From: Candidatus Aenigmatarchaeota archaeon
GTDB lineage: Archaea; Aenigmatarchaeota; Aenigmatarchaeia; PWEA01
Direction: 5' to 3'
Length of the DNA stretch: 64,000 bases
Assembly: GCA_046539305.1 (NCBI GenBank)
Contig: JBKHHE010000003.1
Coordinates: 1,369 to 65,368 of the forward strand
Positions 37,390 through 45,671 of the stretch are shown piece by piece; position 1 is the first letter of the stretch; the number at the start of each line of letters is the position of its first letter. Both the position numbers and the translations under genes were made by a program. The notes under the pieces were generated by a model. It was not told the DNA's origin. It searched no databases and saw only the letters and a list, made by a program, of their open reading frames with translations.

Positions 37390-37893
37390 TTACTTGTTTT
37401 TACTTTTATATATCTTTCTGCAGTGTTCCACGAGTTTTTCGGCTCTCTCCGCATCGAGGCGGCCTTCGACCTCCACGTCTCTGTCTTTCCACTGCGCCAT
37501 TTCCAGGATAAACCTTTCTATCTCCGCTAACGTGTCCCTTTCCAGGTCCTTCGGACCCTTGGCATCTTCGAAGTCGGGATCCTTGACAGGGACCACTATA
37601 ACCTTGTCGTCCCTTATCGCCTCGCTCTCCGTTCTAATTACAGAAACGGGCCTCACCTTGAGGAAGGACCCCGGTATTAAAGATCCATCCGTTATCACAA
37701 AACCATCCAGCGCCTCACCCGTCTCACAGGCCGTGTTTGAAACCGTTCCGTAGTCTTCCGGATACACCAAGGCCCTTGGAAGGATCTCTTCTAATTTTAG
37801 GATACCCTCCTTATAACTGTACATGTTCCTGCTCCCCTCGGAGGCCTTCACCAGGAAGTAAAACCCTTTCCTGGAATCATTTTCCTTGGTCAT
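37390..37893 (-). CDS. Family I inorganic pyrophosphatase homolog with a degenerate active site
   Basis: The fold pattern is recognisable ('YPEDYG', 'DDKVIVVPVKDPDFED'). However, the signature D-x-D-x-x-D reads 'TGEALD', and the 'EIPxGSxxKYE' block reads 'KASEGSRNMYS'. Confidence 0.65.
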   Translation of the reverse strand: MTKENDSRKGFYFLVKASEGSRNMYSYKEGILKLEEILPRALVYPEDYGTVSNTACETGEALDGFVITDGSLIPGSFLKVRPVSVIRTESEAIRDDKVIVVPVKDPDFEDAKGPKDLERDTLAEIERFILEMAQWKDRDVEVEGRLDAERAEKLVEHCRKIYKSKNK

Positions 37894-38255
37894 TTTACAT
37901 CCCCCTCAAGTTCCACGTGGTCCTCCGTGCGCACGTATACTGTGGGCACGGACCTCTTTCTAAACTGTTTTCGCAGGTTTTTATCATTTGTGGCCACCAC
38001 GGGATTCTCGATATCCCTTGCAAGCTCAACTATCGATGCATCCCCAGTTTTATTTTTGGTCTCCGCTACCTCTACCCCCCTTCTTTCCGTAAGCATGAGA
38101 GCTATCCTCGCAGCTTTGGCCTCCTCCCCTCTTCCCTTCGAGAGTTTTTGTAGCTCCTTCTTCACGGGCGCAGGGGTCAGAAGCTTGTAGTCTCCGTCGA
38201 GTACTCTTTCCAGTTCCTCGAAGACGTCCACACCCACCTCCCCGGGCGCCATCAA
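37890..38255 (-). CDS. PIN-domain (Fcf1/Utp24-like) nuclease; the true start is probably upstream near 38285
   Basis: 'VATNDKNLRKQFRKRSVPTVYVR' is a C-terminal PIN motif. The conserved N-terminal strand 'VVLDTNFL' is encoded in-frame just upstream of the track start TTG (see finding). Confidence 0.7.
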   Translation of the reverse strand: MMAPGEVGVDVFEELERVLDGDYKLLTPAPVKKELQKLSKGRGEEAKAARIALMLTERRGVEVAETKNKTGDASIVELARDIENPVVATNDKNLRKQFRKRSVPTVYVRTEDHVELEGDVK

Positions 38256-38293
38256 GAAGTTGGTATCAAGGACTACGGATAGGATATTTCCAC

Positions 38294-38566
38294 CTACTCC
38301 GGTAGTTTCTCGTCTGACAGGTTGAAGTCCTCGGTCCCCCTTCCTTTACTTTGTCTATTCTGATCCCTTTTCTTCGCCTTTTCTTTTTTCTTGTTCTGTA
38401 TATTTTCCACCAGTTTCTCAACGTCCACTCCCATATCCTCCAGAGCCTTTGAATGTTTTTCCACAAGCGAGTTTACTATCTGAAGAAGGCGCGCAAGCTC
38501 CGCTCTCTCGTTGAGGAGGGCTTCAAGGGCTCCTTTGTGATATCCCAGTTTTTCTTTGTCAGTCAT
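38294..38566 (-). CDS. Small coiled-coil/basic-tail hypothetical protein
   Basis: 90 aa, helical heptad-like N-terminal half, K/R-rich C-terminus. I recognise no family. Confidence 0.4.
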   Translation of the reverse strand: MTDKEKLGYHKGALEALLNERAELARLLQIVNSLVEKHSKALEDMGVDVEKLVENIQNKKKEKAKKRDQNRQSKGRGTEDFNLSDEKLPE

Positions 38567-38606
38567 GCCTTAAGTTTTGTTCAGAGCCTTTTAAAAGATT
38601 GGAGGA

Positions 38607-40340
38607 TTACCGGACCGTTACCGATTTTGCAAGGTTCCTGGGCTTGTCTATAGGGAGGTCTTTTTTTCTTGCTGTCCAGTATGTAAGGAGGAACCCGATC
38701 ACGGTCGAGAAGAAAGCGAAGTCGCCGTCCGTTCTCTGTGGAAGCTTGAACCTACCACAGAAAGGCGAAATTTTTATGGAGTTCGCGCCCCGTGCCTCTA
38801 CCTCCTCTACGTTTGAAACTATCCCCGAACCTTCTCTGGGTATCAACGAAATCACGGGAGTACCGTCCTCGATCAGGGCAAGGGTTCCATGTTTAAGTTC
38901 ACCGCCCATCATCCCCTCCGCGTGGATGTAGGCTATCTCCTTCAACTTGAGCGCTATTTCCCTTGCCACAGGATAGGTCTCACCCTTTCCTATCACGTAA
39001 ATATCTTCTTTATCCTTCAGCTCCTCCGCGAGTTTTTTGACCTTCCCTTCATTTTCCTGGACAACAGTTCCCACTTCCTCGGGAAGGGTTGGAGATATTT
39101 CGGGCCCATCAAGGGCTTCCAAAATCTTCAGGAATGTGTAGAGCTGGTTTGTGAAAGTCTTGGTCGCCGCAACGCAGACCTCCTGGCCCGCCTTTATCCT
39201 CAGGTTCACGTCCGATTTCCTCTCTATTGTAGAGTGGGGAACGTTCGTTATCGAGGCTATTTCCGCACCTTTACTCCTCGAGTGTTCTATCACCTCCAGT
39301 ACGTCCTTGGTCTCTCCGGACTGAGAGACAGGAACAACCAGCGTGTTTTCATCCACCCTCTCGTAGTTCTTGAACTCGGAGGCTATTAGGGTCTGTGCTT
39401 CTATATCCACTTTCTGTAGAAAGTAAACACCAAGGAGAGATGCATGGTAACTGGTCCCAGAAGCGGTGAAGATTACTCTGTCGCTGTCGGCCAGTTTCCC
39501 TGCAAAGTTCTCAACCCTTTCCTTCTGCTCTCCTTTCAGAGACCTGTCAAGGTTTTTCAGGGGACGTGGGATTTCCTTCACCTCCTTGAGCATGTAGTGT
39601 TCGAACTCCTTCCTGTCGGATTCCTCCTGTTCCCAGCTGAACTCCTCGGGACTTTTGTCTACCACAGCTCCCTCCTTGTCCTTGAAGACATAGTTTTTGG
39701 CGTCTATGACGGCGTACTCGTCGTCCTCAAAGAAAACGGCTTGATTGGTGTAGGGTGAGAAAGCGTACAGATCGGAGCCAAGGTATAGTTCGCCGTCTCC
39801 CACGCCCAGGGCGAGGGGTGAACCCCTCTTGAAGGCGTAGATCTTCTCTTCATCCGAGTCAAGCAAGGAAACAGCGAAGCTCCCCTTCGCCACCTCCAGA
39901 AACTTCTGGATTGCCTCCTCCACTTCTCTGTTCTTGGCCTCCTCCTCTATGAAGTGCGCTATAACTTCCGAGTCCGTCTCTGAAGTGAAGTGGTGCCCTT
40001 CCATGCCCCCTTTCAACTCCTCCCAGTTCTGTATTATCCCGTTGTGAACTAGGGCGAACCGTCCATCACAGGATTTATGTGGATGCGCGTTCTCCCTTGT
40101 CACTTCTCCGTGGGTTCCCCAGCGGCAGTGGCCTATTGCAATATCACCTCCCATTTCTTCTAGATTAATTTTTTTGTTTATCTCATCAACCTCTCCAACA
40201 TCCTTCCTCACCTCTAGCCCCGGATTTGAAAGAACAGCTATACCAGCGGAGTCGTAGCCTCTGTACTCCAGCCGCTTCAAAGACTCCATCAGTATTTCTC
40301 CTGCGTTCCCTTCACCGAAGTAAGCTGTTATTCCGCACAT
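38607..40340 (-). CDS. glmS: Glutamine--fructose-6-phosphate aminotransferase
   Basis: The start was placed at Met-Cys ('MCGITAYFG', Ntn nucleophile Cys). Two SIS domains are present, and the C-terminus 'DKPRNLAKSVTVR' is typical. Confidence 0.95.
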   Translation of the reverse strand: MCGITAYFGEGNAGEILMESLKRLEYRGYDSAGIAVLSNPGLEVRKDVGEVDEINKKINLEEMGGDIAIGHCRWGTHGEVTRENAHPHKSCDGRFALVHNGIIQNWEELKGGMEGHHFTSETDSEVIAHFIEEEAKNREVEEAIQKFLEVAKGSFAVSLLDSDEEKIYAFKRGSPLALGVGDGELYLGSDLYAFSPYTNQAVFFEDDEYAVIDAKNYVFKDKEGAVVDKSPEEFSWEQEESDRKEFEHYMLKEVKEIPRPLKNLDRSLKGEQKERVENFAGKLADSDRVIFTASGTSYHASLLGVYFLQKVDIEAQTLIASEFKNYERVDENTLVVPVSQSGETKDVLEVIEHSRSKGAEIASITNVPHSTIERKSDVNLRIKAGQEVCVAATKTFTNQLYTFLKILEALDGPEISPTLPEEVGTVVQENEGKVKKLAEELKDKEDIYVIGKGETYPVAREIALKLKEIAYIHAEGMMGGELKHGTLALIEDGTPVISLIPREGSGIVSNVEEVEARGANSIKISPFCGRFKLPQRTDGDFAFFSTVIGFLLTYWTARKKDLPIDKPRNLAKSVTVR

Positions 40341-41089
40341 ATTTTCCCCCACAGCTCATCTATTTGTTCCTTCCTTCCGGGGAAGGCGGATTTCATCATT
40401 TCCTTCCCAGCTTTTCTATTTTCCCTTCCGCGAAGGATCCTGAAGGGTTTCAAACTTTCGACGGCTTCTGCCCCAGGATGGGTAAAGGAGTAGGGCCCCA
40501 CCACGACACCCTGGTATAGCTTGGTGTCTATACCGGTCTTCACACAGTCGCCCACGATCGCACCGAGCTTTCGCCTCCCCGTATCCACTTCTTTCCTTCC
40601 CATTTTTACCTCTATACCTGCCTCGTCGTGCCTGAGGTTCGCTGTCTTCGTCCCCGCGGCGAAATTTACCTGGGATCCTACCACGGAGTCTCCCACGTAG
40701 GAGAGGTGAGGAACCTTTGTATCCCTCTGGAATATAGAGTTCTTTACCTCAACCGAGTGGCCTATCTTGCAGTTTTCTCCTATAGATCCTGTCCTTATCA
40801 GTGCGCCGGGCCCTATCTTGCAGTTACGTCCTATCCACGCAGGCCCTCTGATCTCCGAACCCCTGACTTTCACGTTGTCTCCGAGGTGAACCGGCCCCCC
40901 GGATTCATCTATCTTACTTTCCTCCATTTCCACCTCTTCGCCTCTGTAGCTCTCGAAGTCGGGCTTGATATCTAGAAGTTCCCAGGGATAGTTCACATCC
41001 TTTCCGTCTATCCTTTTTCCATAGACTTTGACAGGAACCCTCTCAGTTCTCGTGTATTTAAACGGGATCTTTCCGTACATTTTAACCAT
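40328..41089 (-). CDS. Left-handed beta-helix acetyltransferase (C-terminal half of an archaeal GlmU-like enzyme, encoded separately)
   Basis: Hexapeptide repeats ('IGRNCKIGPGALIRTGSIGENCKIGHSVEVKNS'). The N-terminal ~55 aa resemble the linker that normally follows the nucleotidyltransferase domain. Confidence 0.8.
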   Translation of the reverse strand: MVKMYGKIPFKYTRTERVPVKVYGKRIDGKDVNYPWELLDIKPDFESYRGEEVEMEESKIDESGGPVHLGDNVKVRGSEIRGPAWIGRNCKIGPGALIRTGSIGENCKIGHSVEVKNSIFQRDTKVPHLSYVGDSVVGSQVNFAAGTKTANLRHDEAGIEVKMGRKEVDTGRRKLGAIVGDCVKTGIDTKLYQGVVVGPYSFTHPGAEAVESLKPFRILRGRENRKAGKEMMKSAFPGRKEQIDELWGKICAE

Positions 41090-41768
41090 CTACATTTCTG
41101 GCCCTTTCCAGGTCTTCCCTCCTGCCGACGTCCACCCAGTATTTCTTGAAGGGTGTATGGGTCACGGCGTGACCGTCCTGAATCATGAGCTGGATGGAAT
41201 CGGTTATCTCGTACTCCCCTCGCTCGGACATTCCCGTCCTCTCTATGTAGTCGTAGATCAGCGGCTTGAACAGGTAGACACCGGTGTTTATGAGGTTGGA
41301 GGGAGGGTTGTCTGGCTTCTCCTCTATACCTTTGACCACGCCGTTTTCCACCTCCAAGACCCCGAACTCCTCCGGGCTCTCCACCTCTTTGCTCCCGATC
41401 ACCGCCTCGGGTCGGTTCTCCTCGAAGCTTCGGATAACCCTCTCCAGGTTTTCGGGGTGGATGTATACGTCCCCGTTAACGACCAGGAAGGGGTCCTTGA
41501 AGCTCGAAGTCCCAACGGCGTGGGCTGTTCCGAGCTGTTCCTCCTGCTCAAGGAAGTCAAGGTCCTCGAAGTCCTTGAGGTTCGCTTCCAGCTTGTCTCC
41601 AAGGTAACCTTTTATTACGGAGATTTCCTCCACGCCCAGAGATCTTAGTTCCTCTACGAGGTGTCTGATAAGGGCCTCTCCCTTCACCTCGACCAGCGCC
41701 TTTGGCTTCTGGTTTGTCAGGGGCCGCAGGCGCGTTCCCTTGCCCGCAGCGGGTATAAGTGCCTTCAT
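41082..41768 (-). CDS. Sugar-1-phosphate nucleotidyltransferase (N-terminal half of the GlmU-like enzyme)
   Basis: 'MKALIPAAGKGTRLRPLT..KPKALV' signature. 228 aa. It overlaps the LbH gene by 8 nt. Confidence 0.85.
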   Translation of the reverse strand: MKALIPAAGKGTRLRPLTNQKPKALVEVKGEALIRHLVEELRSLGVEEISVIKGYLGDKLEANLKDFEDLDFLEQEEQLGTAHAVGTSSFKDPFLVVNGDVYIHPENLERVIRSFEENRPEAVIGSKEVESPEEFGVLEVENGVVKGIEEKPDNPPSNLINTGVYLFKPLIYDYIERTGMSERGEYEITDSIQLMIQDGHAVTHTPFKKYWVDVGRREDLERARNVDG

Positions 41769-41790
41769 ACCAGGTAGTTTGAGGCCCCAC

Positions 41791-41803
41791 CTATATAAAA
41801 ATT
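41791..41803 (-). promoter_or_regulatory. TATA-like box for the nucleotidyltransferase-LbH-glmS operon
   Basis: The minus strand reads AATTTTTATATAG, centred about 29 nt upstream of the ATG at 41768. This suggests a leaderless or short-leader mRNA. Confidence 0.4.
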
Positions 41804-41828
41804 GTTAAAACAAATTCTTGATTATTGT

Positions 41829-41842
41829 AAAAATATTTAAAG
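41829..41842 (+). promoter_or_regulatory. TATA-like box for the wHTH gene
   Basis: AAAAATATTTAAAG is centred about 28 nt upstream of the ATG at 41864. Confidence 0.4.
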
Positions 41843-41863
41843 TAGAAGCTGCAGGTTACATAT

Positions 41864-42787
41864 ATGTCCGAAAAACTACTCAAAGAGGAGGACGGGACCC
41901 GATGGGTAAAGCAGATTAAGCTTCTGGACAGGGACAAGCTAAGGAACCTCTCTCCCAAGACCTTGGAGATCTTCGAGGAGATCAGCAGGCGGAAGACCTA
42001 TCCCAAAGAAATCGCCGAGACCATGGACCTCCACGAGCAGAAGGTCTACTACCATATCCGGAAGCTTGAAAGCCTGGGCCTCGTGGAGGTATGGAAGAAG
42101 GAGAGGAAGGGAGGCGCCCTCTGCAAATACTACAGACCTGTGGCGGAGGCTTTCGGATTCAATCTGTCGGGAAGCTGGAGCAAGGCCGGACGTCAGGATA
42201 TAGACCTCCCCGAAAAGCTCCTATCCTTCTTCTCTGAATTCATCCAGGACGGGACCTTCCAGGGTTCCATAGTCGTGGGATCTCCCAAGGAGCACGGTCC
42301 TTTCATGACCGCGGCCAGGGATGGACACTACGCGGTGCAGCTGGGCGTGTTCCTTGGTGGTTTTTGCGACCTTGAGGAAAGGTTCATCATAAAACTGGAC
42401 ACCGAGGTAAAGGCAGAGGAGGCCTTGGACAGAAACCTCATTCTTGTTGGAGGTCCCATCACCAATACCGTTTCCAGGGATCTAAACGAAAAGCTGGATG
42501 TCCGCTTCGACTGGGAGAAGACATGGAAGATAGTCTCGGAAAAAACAGGAAACACATATTCGGACGAAAACCTGGGCCTCGTGGCGAAAATAGAGGACAG
42601 GGGCAACGCAAGGATACTTCTCTCGGGGCTGGATTTCAAGGGCACAAAATCCTGTGTAATAGCCGTGACCCAGCATCTGGAAGAGGTTCTGGGAGATTAC
42701 AGACAGGGAGAAGAATTTTACAGAGTTATCCGAGGGCTTGACAGGGACGGAGACGGAAAGACGGACGATATAGAAATAATGGAATAG
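41864..42787 (+). CDS. Winged-helix (ArsR-like) protein with a large C-terminal domain of unknown function
   Basis: wHTH 'YPKEIAETMDLHEQKVYYHIRKLESLGLVEV'. The C-terminal ~200 aa contain 'RNLILVGGPITNTV', reminiscent of archaeal S-layer-type domains. Confidence 0.6.
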   Translation: MSEKLLKEEDGTRWVKQIKLLDRDKLRNLSPKTLEIFEEISRRKTYPKEIAETMDLHEQKVYYHIRKLESLGLVEVWKKERKGGALCKYYRPVAEAFGFNLSGSWSKAGRQDIDLPEKLLSFFSEFIQDGTFQGSIVVGSPKEHGPFMTAARDGHYAVQLGVFLGGFCDLEERFIIKLDTEVKAEEALDRNLILVGGPITNTVSRDLNEKLDVRFDWEKTWKIVSEKTGNTYSDENLGLVAKIEDRGNARILLSGLDFKGTKSCVIAVTQHLEEVLGDYRQGEEFYRVIRGLDRDGDGKTDDIEIME

Positions 42788-43642
42788 TTACCTCTCTACC
42801 TTCCACCAGCCCCTGTCACCTTCCTTCAGTTCCTTCAGCTGAGGATTCTTGTCGGAAAGCGTCGGTTTCCTGTTCTTGTAAAGGACCCCCACAGGAATCT
42901 TCCCATCTTCGAGGTTATAGTCCCATTCTCTGGCTTTCTCCATCGCTTCTTCTCTGTCTTCTGGGTTGTGGTCGGTATCCTCCAGCTTGTACATCCTTTC
43001 CTCCAGGAACTGCTCGGGGTCGTGGTAGACCAGGCAGGGCAGAGCAACGTCCACGAGTGCAAACCCATCCCATTCTATGGCCTCCTTGAGAACTTCTACC
43101 ATGTGTTCCATTTTCTTTGGATAAACCCGGGCTACGAAGCTCGCGCCCGCAGATATGGCTATTTTCAGAGGATTTAATGGTTCGTGCTCGAGTCCGAAGG
43201 GTTGAGCTTTGGATTCAAATCCTTTCTCTGAGACCGGAGTGGCCTGTCCCGTCGTCAGGGCGAATACCTGGTTGTTGTGAACCACCATCGTCATATCGGC
43301 GTTGAATCTGGAAGCATGTATGAAATGTGCCACCCCTTCAGAGTAGGTGTCGCCGTCTCCGCCGAACCCTATAACGGTCTGGCTCGGATTACCTATCTTC
43401 ATACCCATACATGTCGGAAGTACTCTTCCATGGAGCGAATAGACTCCTCCGACGTTGAGGTAGTCGAACATTTTACCGTGACATCCGATACCCGTGGACA
43501 TGGAAATCTTATCGTGCTCCACATTCCCTTCCTCAACTTCCCCTTTCAGTGCCTTCTTGACCGACTCGAGGATCATGAAGTTATGACATCCAGGGCACCA
43601 TGTGGCTTCTGCTCCGGTCGCGAAGTCTTCTTTGTCCATCAT
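42788..43642 (-). CDS. 2-oxoacid:ferredoxin oxidoreductase, beta (TPP-binding) subunit
   Basis: 'TWCPGCHNF' and 'GFGGDGDTYSEG' (TPP motif). 284 aa. Confidence 0.9.
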   Translation of the reverse strand: MMDKEDFATGAEATWCPGCHNFMILESVKKALKGEVEEGNVEHDKISMSTGIGCHGKMFDYLNVGGVYSLHGRVLPTCMGMKIGNPSQTVIGFGGDGDTYSEGVAHFIHASRFNADMTMVVHNNQVFALTTGQATPVSEKGFESKAQPFGLEHEPLNPLKIAISAGASFVARVYPKKMEHMVEVLKEAIEWDGFALVDVALPCLVYHDPEQFLEERMYKLEDTDHNPEDREEAMEKAREWDYNLEDGKIPVGVLYKNRKPTLSDKNPQLKELKEGDRGWWKVER

Positions 43643-45243
43643 ATCACCTTTTTAATTTTTTCTCTGAGTTTGTCACGGTGGAAGGGCCTACCATCGTATT
43701 TCAGTATCTTTTTATCTATTACATGGCCTGTATTCTCGGTTATCAGGTCTCCAAGAAGGCCCGTAGAATTGTTCTCCACCAGAACTGTCCTCTCGGCATC
43801 CTCAAGTATATCGGTTACTTCTTCCGGGAAGGGCTCAAGGTAGATTATCTGTAGGAACTTTATGCCCATCCCTGATATAGCATCCTTTATAGCTCCCTTG
43901 GTGGATCCCCATCCAACGACTACGGTGTCGGAATCCTCGTCCCCGTGAACCTTGTGCTGCGTGAACTCCTTTGCCCTTTCTCTTATCTTTTCTCCTTTCC
44001 TTTTTCTCTTGTCCGTCATCGCATTGATGGTTTCCTCGTCCTCTATAGTTATCCCGTACTCGTCGTGTTCATAGGAAGTGGATTTCGTCACGTTCAGGCC
44101 TGGAACACTTCTGGGACTGTTCCCATCTTCGGTGACCTTGTAGTTCCTGTATTCCCCTCCCCTTTCCGACTGGTCTATGTTTCTCCCCACGTCGACGATG
44201 TCCATGTCTTCGTCCATCGAGAAGTCCGATTCCGCTACGTGTTTGTCGCCGAGGAGTATAGAGAGAGCTCTGAAGTTCTCCGCGAAGTAGAAGGCCTGGT
44301 TAGTTGCTTCTACCGATTCGACTGCGTCACCAGGAGCAATGACCACCCTTGGAGCCTCGCCGTGGCTTCCGTGGACTGCTATTTCCAGGTCGCCCTGAGC
44401 TGTATAGGTCGGTATTCCTGACCCTGCCCCCGCTCTCTGTGATAGGTAAACTACGAGGGGAATTTCTGATATCCCCTGCATCGACATGGCCTCCTGCATT
44501 AGGTCATAACCACCGCCCGAGGATCCGACCATAGTTTTCGCGCCGGTATGCGCTGCTCCCAGTCCGGCGTTCACCACGGAGAGTTCGTTTTCAGGCTGAA
44601 GCACAGCGATATCGTCCTCCCTTTGCCTCCCGGCCAGCAGATGGAGTACAGGGGTCGCGGGGGTCATAGGATACGCGAGGTAGACATCTATCCCGGACCT
44701 CACTGCGCCTTCCGCTATCCCCTGACTTCCCGACATAACCTCTATTTTGTCCTCCCTATCTTCAATATCTCTGACCTTTTCTGCATGGCTGTATGCTTCG
44801 TCCGCGGCCTGTATATTTTTATCCACGACTTCTTCTTTCCCTTCAAAGGTCCTTTCTATCACCTTTTGAAGTTTGTCCTTACTTACGCCCATGGTTTTCG
44901 CCACGGCACCGAGGAGTAACATGTTGAAGGATATTCCGTATTCCGACTCCGTCCCGATCTCCTTCGCATTTATGATAAACCCATCGTCCTTTAGCCTGTC
45001 CTTGTGTTTCTCTACGGTCTTGTCGTCCAGGGCCAGGATTCCGTCCAGGGCGTAGCTGTGGGAGGCTATTGGTTCGTCCGAGACGGACAGTACATCAAAG
45101 GAATGACCTCCCTTTATCAAGGACCCGTAATCTCTGTACTTGAATATGTAGTATCCCATGTCAGAAAATAGATCTCCGGCCATCGAGGCTACTTTGTCTA
45201 TGCCCTGTCCCTGATCACCACCGAAAACTATGTCTAGCTGCAT
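43639..45243 (-). CDS. 2-oxoacid:ferredoxin oxidoreductase, alpha (fused gamma+alpha) subunit
   Basis: The N-terminal gamma-like domain ('FGGDQGQGID') is followed by the alpha domain ('YPMTPATP'). It has a 4-nt overlap with the beta gene, giving the two-subunit OFOR layout. Confidence 0.9.
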   Translation of the reverse strand: MQLDIVFGGDQGQGIDKVASMAGDLFSDMGYYIFKYRDYGSLIKGGHSFDVLSVSDEPIASHSYALDGILALDDKTVEKHKDRLKDDGFIINAKEIGTESEYGISFNMLLLGAVAKTMGVSKDKLQKVIERTFEGKEEVVDKNIQAADEAYSHAEKVRDIEDREDKIEVMSGSQGIAEGAVRSGIDVYLAYPMTPATPVLHLLAGRQREDDIAVLQPENELSVVNAGLGAAHTGAKTMVGSSGGGYDLMQEAMSMQGISEIPLVVYLSQRAGAGSGIPTYTAQGDLEIAVHGSHGEAPRVVIAPGDAVESVEATNQAFYFAENFRALSILLGDKHVAESDFSMDEDMDIVDVGRNIDQSERGGEYRNYKVTEDGNSPRSVPGLNVTKSTSYEHDEYGITIEDEETINAMTDKRKRKGEKIRERAKEFTQHKVHGDEDSDTVVVGWGSTKGAIKDAISGMGIKFLQIIYLEPFPEEVTDILEDAERTVLVENNSTGLLGDLITENTGHVIDKKILKYDGRPFHRDKLREKIKKVI

Positions 45244-45289
45244 AAGAATCCTGATGACTATAGTATTTTGTTTTGGCCCTTTTTAAGAT

Positions 45290-45529
45290 TTACTGGGAAT
45301 AGTTTTTATCCAGCCATTTCTGATGGTATTCTTCCTTCTTGCCGTTGTTTGCTTCGATAACGTCCGGGACACGGAGGGGTTCCAGACCAATCGAGCATAT
45401 ACCGCATCCGTCTTCGATATCTATGTTTTCGTCAAGAGGATAGGCCTCCCCACAGTTACCACAGTAAACCCCGGAGGTTCCAGATCCATCACCTTCCGGG
45501 GGGCCGTCTACGTTCATAGTATTTATCAT
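45290..45529 (-). CDS. Small zinc-ribbon-like hypothetical protein
   Basis: 79 aa with 'CGNCG...CGICS' (C-x2-C ... C-x2-C). I recognise no family. Confidence 0.4.
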   Translation of the reverse strand: MINTMNVDGPPEGDGSGTSGVYCGNCGEAYPLDENIDIEDGCGICSIGLEPLRVPDVIEANNGKKEEYHQKWLDKNYSQ

Positions 45530-45671
45530 CTTATTCGACGATTATTTAAAGGTATGCTCGTTGTTTGACGAAAGTTAGTGTCTGACGGACCGGAAAGTTT
45601 CATTTTTAAATATTTCGAAGGGAATTCTACTGTGGGAATGAACTCCGTTATCTGTGAAAGGGGTGTCGGAA

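Noticed and set aside
45244-45332. A perfect C-box-like CUGAUGA (45251-57) and a CUGA (45320-23), flanked by complementary AAGAAT/ATTCTT. This could be a possible C/D sRNA between the OFOR alpha gene and the small zinc-ribbon ORF.
   Set aside because: There are 62 nt between the boxes, and no D'/C' pair at 12-nt spacing. The terminal stem is offset by 4 nt from the D box, and the 3' half lies inside a CDS. The architecture does not fit archaeal C/D sRNAs, although RNA-seq could revisit this.
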